Below are positions 18,001 to 24,605 of a DNA stretch of 64,000 bases, piece by piece. A program made the translations under genes and the position numbers. The stretch comes from Gaiellaceae bacterium. Lineage in GTDB: Bacteria > Actinomycetota > Thermoleophilia > Gaiellales > Gaiellaceae. Position 1 is the first letter of the stretch, and each line of letters opens with the position of its first letter. The DNA is taken from positions 721-64,720 of the forward strand of contig DASRGA010000062.1 of the NCBI GenBank assembly GCA_035651295.1. Direction: 5' to 3'. The notes below the pieces were generated by a model. It made no database searches. It saw nothing but the letters and a program-made list of their open reading frames with translations, and was not told the DNA's origin.

Positions 18001-18436
18001 GCCCCTGCGAGATGACGGAGCGCAGGCCGCCGCCGAGGCCGACGTCCGACAGCAGCTCGACGAGGTCGAGCCGGCGGACCGCGGTGCGGTTGACGAGGTA
18101 CTGGCCCTCGCCGCCGCGCTGCAGGCGGCGGGTGACCGCCACCTCGCTGTAGGGGAGGTCGGGCCACGCGCCGTCGGCGTTGTCGAACAGGAGCTCGACC
18201 TCGGCGTGGTCGGCCGGCTGGCGGCCGGCCGAGCCGGCGAAGAGCACGTCGTCGGGCTTCTCGGCGCGCAGCTCGCCCGGGCTGAGCGAGCCGGTCGCCC
18301 AGAGGATCGAGTCGGAGACGTTCGACTTGCCGGAGCCGTTCGGGCCGACGACGACGGCGACGCCGGGCTCGAGCCGGACCTCGACCGGGTCCACGAACGA
18401 CTTGAACCCGCGCAGCTTGATCGCCTTCAAATGCAC
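15083..18436 (-). CDS. smc: chromosome segregation protein SMC
   Basis: N-terminal head GFKSF..GPNGSGKSN, long Ala/Glu/Arg coiled coils, a hinge, and C-terminal LSGGEK and LLDEVEAALD. Confidence 0.95.
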   Translation of the reverse strand: MHLKAIKLRGFKSFVDPVEVRLEPGVAVVVGPNGSGKSNVSDSILWATGSLSPGELRAEKPDDVLFAGSAGRQPADHAEVELLFDNADGAWPDLPYSEVAVTRRLQRGGEGQYLVNRTAVRRLDLVELLSDVGLGGGLRSVISQGRVETVLNSKPAERRELIEEAAGLGRFKRRKHRAELKLARVAVQVDRARDLEEEVRKRLRPLALQATAAERAEKLRGEIARLQAAIATLDLARLAGRRADAERRRAETAGERRALDEQIAAVVAEREHAEEELTDSAGAREQATAALYRLRSAGERLALRREAAASLRASLRGELEAARAHDPAASAELETAARETAAAAQAAAGERARLQVEAEERWARIAAIERTAGAAAAAELENVLGRRAEAEAVLTGGKRDALLALRGAAQRLGVRHESAQRLLAELRQDLAEARRAPSGPTPDELGRAADEADAAARAAIRERDDLAARLGLARERLAALDQALAEREGLPPAARALAEEGEQLALQLLEVEAGRERAVAAALAHRASAVLAADPQRALALVERARAAGLGSVLVLVGADPRRLVDLPVLPRSELLASPVPAVTEEGIGWDPQRGELWFAGETAEAVLLELDARRRRLDAEVDELAERAAGAAAEADAAAERARAAAAAFAPVAHLRSIRRADAGSLERLAHGAGRLDETLRVAAAAAARLEAPLAERAARLQGELRELAGREAELRRSAAEADGRALAAERRANGRTAAPAGDLALLREEAEDLERRAGEAAAAAELAAERAGAAARALTDADPDRARRPSELVLERLHAAAARLEQALVLDAERFEQPVRARAERQAARTGELGAQLRRLGARELELRQAAGAAGEQLAAIDVELARTDAERDEAQRRLDAAGAEPAEGEDRDELAQKLERSERRLEQLGQVNPLAKEEYEAEKERLEELAGQRRDLEESLRELEKLRDELADTVETRFAETFAAVEEHFHEVAATLFPGGEGRLRLSEPEEEGEEPGIEVELRPAGKRVTRLSLLSGGEKALGAIAFLFSLFLARPSPFYLLDEVEAALDDTNIGRFTSLLRAYADRAQFIVITHQKRTMEAADVLYGVTMGGDGVSEIVSRRLPREEEQARTA

Positions 18437-18485
18437 GCGGTGGGAGGCTAGCGAGCGTGGAGGACGCCGCCCCGCCTCCCGCCCG

Positions 18486-19313
18486 CTACGCCTTCGTGCC
18501 GGCGCCGACGAGCAGCACGCACGGGCCGGCGAAGCCGGACGGCCCGTCGAAGGCCCGGAGCGCCTCCTCCACCTCGCGCCAGGCGTCCTCCCGCCCCGCG
18601 GCGTCGAGGCCGGCGAGCATCTGGTGCAGGGCGCCGAACGACTCGCGCTCGAGACGCGTGCACTCGGCCGCGTCCGCGAGCAGGAGCGGCGCCTCGACGC
18701 GGTGGACCTCGACGTCGGCGTAGCCCGCCTCGACGAGCTGCTCCTCCAGGTTCGCCGCCGAGAACGGGCCGGGGAGCCCGGGCGCCGGCGCGGGCAGCCC
18801 GGCGCGGCGGCGGATGATCGAGATCGGCACGGAGAAGAAGCCGTTCGCCTCCGGCTCGGCGAAGACGAGCGCGCCGTAGCGGCCGCCGGGGCGGAGCGCC
18901 GCGGCCGCCCGCTCGAGCGCGCGCCGCTTGTGCGGCAGGTACATCAGCCCGAGCCGCGAGATGACGGCGTCGAACGACGACGGCTCGACGTCGAGCTCCT
19001 CGCCGTCGGCGACCTGCGTTGCGAGCTCGACCCCCGCCGCCTGCGCGGCGGCGCGCGCCTCGGCGAGGATGTTCGCCGAGAGGTCGGTCGCGAGCACGGC
19101 CGCCCCGCGGCGCGCGGCGACGATCGACTGGCCGCCCGAGCCCGCGGCGACGTCGAGCACCCGCGTCCCCGCGGCGACGCCCGTCAGGTCGAGCAGCAGC
19201 TCCGTCGCCGCGCCGAGCCAGGCGTCGAAGACGGGGTCCCAGCGGTGCCACGCGTCGGCGGCGTCCTGCCACTGCCGCCGCGTCGTCTCCTTGTAGGCGA
19301 CGGCGTCGAACAT
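18486..19313 (-). CDS. class I SAM-dependent methyltransferase
   Basis: Motif I VLDVAAGSGGQS and post-I LATDLS. ATG at 19313 (MFDAVAYKE); the longer track ORF overlaps the DUF1059 gene. Confidence 0.8.
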   Translation of the reverse strand: MFDAVAYKETTRRQWQDAADAWHRWDPVFDAWLGAATELLLDLTGVAAGTRVLDVAAGSGGQSIVAARRGAAVLATDLSANILAEARAAAQAAGVELATQVADGEELDVEPSSFDAVISRLGLMYLPHKRRALERAAAALRPGGRYGALVFAEPEANGFFSVPISIIRRRAGLPAPAPGLPGPFSAANLEEQLVEAGYADVEVHRVEAPLLLADAAECTRLERESFGALHQMLAGLDAAGREDAWREVEEALRAFDGPSGFAGPCVLLVGAGTKA

Positions 19314-19326
19314 CGAGGCCGCCACG

Positions 19327-19485
19327 CTACACCTCCTCGATCCAGCCGCGGAGATCGTCGTCGCCGACCTTGTCGACCAGGTCGGGATGGTCGGCCCGCA
19401 TGTGGTCGCGCGCACCCTGCATCACCTCGCGCTCGCTCTCGCCGCGGACGACGTAGCCGCACTCGCACGTGATCTGCTTCGACAC
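19327..19485 (-). CDS. small DUF1059-like protein (52 aa, GTG start), absent from the ORF track
   Basis: Translation: MSKQITCECGYVVRGESEREVMQGARDHMRADHPDLVDKVGDDDLRGWIEEV. GGAGG lies 5 nt upstream of the GTG. Third codon positions are high in GC. The Cys pair plus the H..H..H pattern resemble DUF1059. Confidence 0.6.
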   Translation of the reverse strand: MSKQITCECGYVVRGESEREVMQGARDHMRADHPDLVDKVGDDDLRGWIEEV

Positions 19486-19528
19486 CGGAACCTCCGTTCG
19501 TCGTGGTGCGGTCGTTGTACGGGCCGGC

Positions 19529-19561
19529 CGTTGGGTCTATGTTGGCGCCGGTTTGGCGCGC
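19529..19561. promoter_or_regulatory. three tandem 11-bp units (CGTTGGGTCTA / TGTTGGCGCCG / GTTTGGCGCGC); candidate SARP boxes
   Basis: TTGG cores end at 19534, 19545 and 19556, an exact 11-bp phasing. On the minus strand the last unit lies about 9 bp upstream of a TACAAC -10-like hexamer (19519-19514) for the DUF1059 operon. Confidence 0.35.
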
Positions 19562-20260
19562 GGGAACGTCCAGCTCTGCGGCCGCTTCGTCCTGGAGCTG
19601 GACGGCCGACGCCTCGAGGGCGAGCTGCCGGGGCGCCAGGGCCGGCTGCTCGTCGCGTTCCTCGTCGTCAACCGGCTGCGCAGCGTCACGCGCGACGCGC
19701 TGCTCGAGGCGCTCTGGCCCGACGGCCGCGACGGCGGGCTCGCGCCGCTCCTCTCGAAGGTGCGCCGCGTCTTCCCGCTGTCGGGGCTGCGCCCGGACGT
19801 CGCCGACCTCCGGGTGGACGTCGAGGTCGCCGCGGCGGCGCTCCACCGTGCCGAGAGCGCGCTCGCCCTCGGGCGCCCGCACGAGGCGTGGGGCCCCTCC
19901 CAGGTGGCGATGTTCGCGTTCGGCCGCCCTCTCCTCGCCGGCGAGGACGCGCCGTGGATCGAGGAGGAGCGCAGCCGCCTCGCCGGGCTGCACGCGCGCG
20001 CACTCGAGACGTACGCGGCAGCGACGCTCGGCGTCGGCGGAACCGAGCTTGCCGCCGCCGTCCGCTCGGCGCGCCGCCTCGTCGCGCTCGAGCCGTACCG
20101 CGAGACCGGTTACCGGCTGCTGATGGAGGCGTTCGAGCGCCAGGGGAACTGCGCCGAGGCGCTCCTCGTCTACGAGTCGCTGCGGACGCGCCTGCGGGAC
20201 GACCTCGGCACGGCGCCCTCCGGGGAGACGCAGTCGCTCTACCGGCGCCTACTCGGCTAG
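19553..20260 (+). CDS. SARP (AfsR/DnrI/RedD-type) transcriptional regulator: OmpR-like wHTH plus BTAD
   Basis: VQLCGRFVLELDG..RLLVAFLVVN..VTRDALLEALWP and BTAD helices (YRLLMEAFERQGNCAEALLVYESLRTRLRDDLG). TTG at 19553 is preferred. The first start in the track, GTG at 19469, would overlap the divergent DUF1059 gene. Confidence 0.72.
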   Translation: MARGNVQLCGRFVLELDGRRLEGELPGRQGRLLVAFLVVNRLRSVTRDALLEALWPDGRDGGLAPLLSKVRRVFPLSGLRPDVADLRVDVEVAAAALHRAESALALGRPHEAWGPSQVAMFAFGRPLLAGEDAPWIEEERSRLAGLHARALETYAAATLGVGGTELAAAVRSARRLVALEPYRETGYRLLMEAFERQGNCAEALLVYESLRTRLRDDLGTAPSGETQSLYRRLLG

Positions 20261-20905
20261 CCCCGCGAGCGCCTCGCGGGCCGCGCCCTGCTCGGCGTCC
20301 TTCTTCGAGCGGCCGCTCCCCGTGCCGGCGACCTCGCCGTCGACCACCGCCGCGGCGGTGAACGTGCGCTCGTGCGGCGGCCCTTCGACGCTCAGCGTCG
20401 TGTAGGTGACCGAGCGGCCGAGCCGCGCGAGCTGCTCCTGCAGCTCGGTCTTGTGGTCGACGTGGCCGGAGAGCGCGTAGGCGATCTGCGGCTCGAACGC
20501 GGCGACGATCGCCGGCTCGATCGCCTCGAAGCCGTGCTCGAGGTAGAGCGCGGCCAGCGCCGCCTCGAGCAGCGCCGCGAGCACGTTGCGGTTCTCCGAC
20601 AGGCGCGCGACCTCCTCGCGCGACAGGTTGTCGGCCGTCTCGTGCAGCCGCCTGCCGAGGTCGAGCTCCTGTGCGATCTCGGCGCAGCTCGCGCGCGACA
20701 CGACATGCGAGCGCACCTTCGCGAGGCGGCCCTCGGAGAAGTCGGGGAACCGGTCGAACAGCGTGCGCGCGATCGCCAGCTCGAGCACCGAGTCGCCGAG
20801 GAACTCGAGGCGCTCGTAGGAGGAGCTGCGGTCGGCGGCCCACGACGTGTGCGTGAAGACCGCCGCCGCGCGGTCCGGCGGGAGAGCCGCGATCAGCTCG
20901 CCCAG
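20249..20905 (-). CDS. rnc: ribonuclease III (start uncertain; non-canonical CTG proposed)
   Basis: Signature ERLEFLGDSVLELAI plus dsRBD GSGRSKKDAEQGAAREAL. The first canonical start (GTG at 20788) falls inside the signature, so the gene must begin upstream. Confidence 0.8.
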   Translation of the reverse strand: MGELIAALPPDRAAAVFTHTSWAADRSSSYERLEFLGDSVLELAIARTLFDRFPDFSEGRLAKVRSHVVSRASCAEIAQELDLGRRLHETADNLSREEVARLSENRNVLAALLEAALAALYLEHGFEAIEPAIVAAFEPQIAYALSGHVDHKTELQEQLARLGRSVTYTTLSVEGPPHERTFTAAAVVDGEVAGTGSGRSKKDAEQGAAREALAGLAE

Positions 20906-20933
20906 AGTCGCCGAACGACTCTGCGATCGGGCC

Positions 20934-21179
20934 TTACTGGTGCGACGTGACGTAGTCGACGGCCTGCCCGACAGTCGTGATCTTCTGGGCGTCCTCGTCC
21001 GAGATCTTGATCCCGAACTGGTCCTCGAGCTCCATGATCAGCTCGACGAGGTCGAGGGAGTCGGCGTCCAGGTCGTCCTGGAACGACGCCTCCTCGGTGA
21101 TCTGGTCCTCCTCGACGCCGAGCTGCTCGGTCAGGACTTCCTTGACGCGCTCGAAGACCTCTTCACGCGACGCTGCCAT
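20934..21179 (-). CDS. acpP: acyl carrier protein
   Basis: [18 protein letters not shown] phosphopantetheine attachment site. Confidence 0.95.
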   Translation of the reverse strand: MAASREEVFERVKEVLTEQLGVEEDQITEEASFQDDLDADSLDLVELIMELEDQFGIKISDEDAQKITTVGQAVDYVTSHQ

Positions 21180-21232
21180 GTCACCTCAGATTCGGTTGGG
21201 GGCTTGAGAAAGACGTGCTCGAAACCGCGCGA

Positions 21233-22204
21233 TCATACACCGACGCGCTCGGGCAGCCGGTCGGCGAGCCGGTCGACGACGCCGCTCACGGCGCCTCTGG
21301 CGGCCAGTTCGATCGCGTTCGCGACCGCCGCACGCCCCGAGTTGCCGTGCGCGATCACGACCACCCCCCGCACGCCGAGCAGGTACGCGCCGCCGTAGGT
21401 GTCCGGGTCGAGCCGCGCCCGCAGCCGCCGCGACGCGGGGCGGATCAGCAGGCCGCCGAGCCGGCCCGCCGCGGTGGCGGAGATCTCGTCGCGCAGCTCG
21501 CCGAGCAGCTCCCTGATCGTCCCCTCGAGCAGCTTCAGCGCGATGTTGCCGGTGAAGCCGTCGGCGACGACGACGTCCGCGGCCCCCCGGAGCAGGTCGC
21601 GGCTCTCGGCGTTGCCGGCGAAGTTCACGCGGTCGTCCTCCCGCAGGAGCCGGTGCGCCTCGAGAACGAGCTGGTTGCCCTTCTCGTCCTCCTCGCCGAT
21701 CGAGAGCAGGCGCACCCGGGGCTCGCGCACGCCGAGCAGCTCCGCGCTGAAGATCGCGCCCATGTGCGCGAACTGGACGAGGTGCTCGGGGCGCGCGTCG
21801 GCGTTCGCGCCCGCGTCGAGCAGCACGCTCGGCCCCTCGACTGCGGGGATGGGGACGGCGATCGCCGGGCGCATGACGCCCGGCAGCCGGCGGAGGTGGA
21901 GAAGCCCCGCCGCCAGCATCGCCCCCGTGTTCCCGGCGGAGACGACGGCGTCCGCCTCACCCGCGGCGACGGCCCGCACGGCCGCGACGAGGCTCGAGTC
22001 GGGCTTCGCCCGGACGGCCTCCGCCGGCTTCTCGGCCATCGTGATCTCCTCCGTCGTCTCGACCAGCTCGAGGCCGCCCGTGCGGAGGCCGGCCGGGCCG
22101 TAGAGGACGACCTCGACGCCGCGGGCCGCCGCGTCGCGCGCGCCGAGGATCACCTCGCCCGGTGCCCGGTCACCTCCGAGCGCGTCGACCGCGACGCGTG
22201 GCAC
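21233..22204 (-). CDS. plsX: phosphate acyltransferase PlsX
   Basis: VAVDALGGDRAP, VSAGNTGA and GFTGNIALK. Confidence 0.92.
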   Translation of the reverse strand: MPRVAVDALGGDRAPGEVILGARDAAARGVEVVLYGPAGLRTGGLELVETTEEITMAEKPAEAVRAKPDSSLVAAVRAVAAGEADAVVSAGNTGAMLAAGLLHLRRLPGVMRPAIAVPIPAVEGPSVLLDAGANADARPEHLVQFAHMGAIFSAELLGVREPRVRLLSIGEEDEKGNQLVLEAHRLLREDDRVNFAGNAESRDLLRGAADVVVADGFTGNIALKLLEGTIRELLGELRDEISATAAGRLGGLLIRPASRRLRARLDPDTYGGAYLLGVRGVVVIAHGNSGRAAVANAIELAARGAVSGVVDRLADRLPERVGV

Positions 22205-22207
22205 GGG

Positions 22208-22396
22208 CTACGGGGCCCGAAGGTCGAGCGGCTCGACTTCGCGGCCCCTGTAGGTGCCGCAGGTCGGGCAGAGGCGGTGGGCCAGCTTCGGCTGCCCGCA
22301 CTGGGGGCACGTGTTGACGCGCGGCGCCTCGACCGCGTGCTGCGCGCGGCGCTTGTCGCGGCGGGCCTTCGAGGTCTTTCTCTTGGGGACAGCCAT
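22208..22396 (-). CDS. rpmF: 50S ribosomal protein L32
   Basis: MAVPKRKTSKARRDKRRA and the CPQCG..CPTCG zinc ribbon. Confidence 0.95.
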   Translation of the reverse strand: MAVPKRKTSKARRDKRRAQHAVEAPRVNTCPQCGQPKLAHRLCPTCGTYRGREVEPLDLRAP

Positions 22397-22408
22397 CGGA
22401 GCCGCGCC

Positions 22409-22472
22409 AGTCTAGCCGACGTTCGGCCTCGAGCGCCGCCGGCACGCCCCGGCTTGCGGCCGACCGTACGAT
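22409..22472. promoter_or_regulatory. divergent promoter region with -10-like hexamers for rpmF (TAGACT, minus strand, 22414-22409) and for the acetyltransferase (TACGAT, plus strand, 22467-22472)
   Basis: Both fit TAnnnT and lie 6-12 nt from their start codons, implying very short or absent leaders. No clear -35 element. Confidence 0.3.
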
Positions 22473-22478
22473 CAGGTC

Positions 22479-22958
22479 GTGACGATCGAGGCGCTTCTCC
22501 CCGCCGACTGGCCGGCGGTGCGTGCGATCTACGAGGAGGGTCTCGACGTCGGCACCTTCGAGGAGCTCGTGCCGACCTGGGAGGAGTGGGATCGCGGCCA
22601 TCTCGTCTGGCCGCGCCTCGTCGCCCGCGACGGCGAGGCGGTGCTCGGCTGGGCGGCGCTCGCACCGTACTCGGAGCGCGCCTGCTACCGGGGCGTCGCC
22701 GAGGACTCGATCTACGTCGCGCGCAGCGCCCGCGGCCGGGGCGTCGGCGGCGCGCTGCTCGCCGAGCTCGTCCGCGAGGCGGAGGGCGCCCACATCTGGA
22801 CGATCCAGGCGAGCATCCTCGCCGGAAACGAGCCGTCGGTGGCGCTCCACCGGCGCTGCGGGTTCAGGATCGTCGGCGTGCGCGAGAAGCTCGCCCGCAA
22901 GCGCGGCGAATGGAGCGACGTCGTCCTGATGGAGCGGCGCTCAGCCGCTCTCGCGTAA
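22479..22958 (+). CDS. GNAT acetyltransferase, phosphinothricin/methionine-sulfoximine N-acetyltransferase-like
   Basis: WPAVRAIYEEG, GWAALAPYSERACYRGVAEDSIYV, RGRGVGGALL and the length (159 aa) match the PAT/MddA type. Confidence 0.8.
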   Translation: MTIEALLPADWPAVRAIYEEGLDVGTFEELVPTWEEWDRGHLVWPRLVARDGEAVLGWAALAPYSERACYRGVAEDSIYVARSARGRGVGGALLAELVREAEGAHIWTIQASILAGNEPSVALHRRCGFRIVGVREKLARKRGEWSDVVLMERRSAALA

Positions 22959-23447
22959 CGCCTCGAGCGCGGCCCAGCGCGGGTCCGGCTCGGCGTCGTC
23001 GTGCGTGTGCGGCTCGTCGTTCAGGTTCTTGCCGCACTCGCCGCACAGGCCGGCGCAGTCGGGGCGGCACAGGATCTTGTCCGGGAGCGCGAGCGCGACG
23101 GCGTCGCGGCCCCACTGGGAGAGGGCGAGCTCGGCGCCGACCACGTACGGGGTCGTCAGCTGCTCGTCCTCGGGCGACGTCGCCTGGTACTCGCGCGCGT
23201 CGATCGGCACCTCGAGGACGGCGTCGCCGAGGCAGCGGTAGCAGGGCCCGTGCAGGCGGGCGGTGAAGGAGAGGCGGAACACGGTGCCGGTGTTCGCGCG
23301 CGTGATCTCGAACGCCGCCGGGATCCTCTCCGGGACGGGGATGTACCGCTGCCCGCCGAACTCGAACGCGGGCAGCTCGAGCTCGACCTCGTCGCGGTAC
23401 TGCTCGCCCGGACGGAGCTTCACCTGGCGGAGGCTGAAGCTCGTCAT
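22941..23447 (-). CDS. yceD: YceD / DUF177 family protein (23S rRNA accumulation protein)
   Basis: CYRCL ... CRPDCAGLCGECGKNLN cysteine motifs. ATG at 23447 (MTSFSLRQVKL) is preferred over GTG at 23471, which lies inside the repeat element. Confidence 0.85.
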   Translation of the reverse strand: MTSFSLRQVKLRPGEQYRDEVELELPAFEFGGQRYIPVPERIPAAFEITRANTGTVFRLSFTARLHGPCYRCLGDAVLEVPIDAREYQATSPEDEQLTTPYVVGAELALSQWGRDAVALALPDKILCRPDCAGLCGECGKNLNDEPHTHDDAEPDPRWAALEALRESG

Positions 23448-23468
23448 CGCCCGCACGGTAGCGCGTAC

Positions 23469-23533
23469 CACTTCCGTGACGAAGACGTCACGGTTTCGTA
23501 CGGGTGGCTGCCACCGTCACGGAAGTGTGACGC
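23469..23533. repeat. structured intergenic element, copy A (GTCAC/GTGAC hairpins); related to 63721-63777
   Basis: 13-nt arms CACTTCCGTGACG and CGTCACGGAAGTG; an inner palindrome CCGTGACG-AAGA-CGTCACGG; 38/50 identity to the reverse complement of 63721-63770. Confidence 0.55.
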
Positions 23534-23566
23534 GCCTGGTGCCCTACGAGGACACGGCTGAAAGGG

Positions 23567-24073
23567 CTAGTAGCTCGAGCCGTTGTCGGAGAGGTCGACC
23601 GGGCCGATGCCGGCGACGACCGACTCCTGCGAGCGCTCGTGCAGCCGCTCCCGGCCGCGGCGCACCGCCACCAGGAACTTGTCCAGGTTCGTCTCGAGGG
23701 TGGCGAGCATCCCGTCCGCCCAGTCCTCCATCTCGAGCCGCATCTCGCGCGCCTGCCGGCGAGCCTCGTCGATGATCTCCTGCGCCTGGCGCTCGGCGAG
23801 CTTGACGATCTCCGTCTGCGAGGCCTCGCGCACCGCCTGCTCGCGCGCCTCCTGCAGCAGCCGATCCTGCTCCCGCTTGGCCTCGGCGAGCATCTCCTGC
23901 CGCTCCTTGACGATCCAGCGGGCCTGCTTGATCTCCTCCGGGATCGTCGCCCGCATCTGGTCGAGGATGTCGTAGATCTCCTCGCGGTCGATGCGAACCT
24001 GGTCGGTGAGCGGCACCGCTTTCGCGTTGTGCACGAGGTCGTCGAGCTTGTCGATCAGAACGAGGACGTCCAT
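23567..24073 (-). CDS. coiled-coil protein (ATP-synthase-B/DivIVA-like low-complexity helices), function unknown
   Basis: 168 aa, Glu/Arg/Gln-rich heptad-like sequence (EMLAEAKREQDRLLQEAREQAVREA...). High GC in third codon positions. Confidence 0.55.
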   Translation of the reverse strand: MDVLVLIDKLDDLVHNAKAVPLTDQVRIDREEIYDILDQMRATIPEEIKQARWIVKERQEMLAEAKREQDRLLQEAREQAVREASQTEIVKLAERQAQEIIDEARRQAREMRLEMEDWADGMLATLETNLDKFLVAVRRGRERLHERSQESVVAGIGPVDLSDNGSSY

Positions 24074-24086
24074 CTGGGAGGCCAGT

Positions 24087-24605
24087 CTACTCCTGGTCGC
24101 TGACGGGGGCGCCGCCCCGACCGTTCGGGAACATCTCCTTCAGACGCTGCGCGACGGCCCTGGGCACGAGCTCCTCGACATTTCCGCCGAACGATGCGAT
24201 CTCCTTCACCCCGCTCGACGACACGAAACTCACCTGCGGGCTCGCCATCACGTACACGGTCTCGATGTCCGGGGCGAGCGTCCGGTTGAGCTGGTTCATC
24301 TGGAACTCCCACTCGAAGTCGGAGACGACCCGCAGCCCCTTCACGATCGCCTTCGCGTCCCAGCGGCGGGCGAAGTCGACCACGAGCTCGCTGAAGACGT
24401 CCACCTCGACGTTGTCGACGACGCCCTCGAGCGCCTCCTTCAGGAAGCGCACGCGCTCCGGCACCTCGAACATGGGCGTCTTGTGGTGCGGGTTGCCGAC
24501 GACGCCGACCACGACCCGGTCGAAGATCCGGGCCGCGCGCGTGATCACGTCGACGTGCCCGTTCGTGACGGGATCGTAGGTTCCGGGGTAGATGGCGGTG
24601 ATCAT
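24087..24605 (-). CDS. coaD: phosphopantetheine adenylyltransferase
   Basis: MITAIYPGTYDPVTNGHVD. The ATG at 24605 overlaps the rsmD stop (ATGA). Confidence 0.93.
   Translation of the reverse strand: MITAIYPGTYDPVTNGHVDVITRAARIFDRVVVGVVGNPHHKTPMFEVPERVRFLKEALEGVVDNVEVDVFSELVVDFARRWDAKAIVKGLRVVSDFEWEFQMNQLNRTLAPDIETVYVMASPQVSFVSSSGVKEIASFGGNVEELVPRAVAQRLKEMFPNGRGGAPVSDQE

Noticed and set aside
15066-18451. Very long alternative-frame and antisense ORFs across smc (1033 aa on the minus strand, 1082 aa and 917 aa on the plus strand). Similar giants lie at 42345-45560, 49817-52594, 19686-20843 and 25684-27948.
   Set aside because: Their translations are Arg/Ala/Pro/Gly low-complexity strings, typical of stop-codon-poor frames in very GC-rich DNA. 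In each case another frame encodes a recognisable conserved protein.
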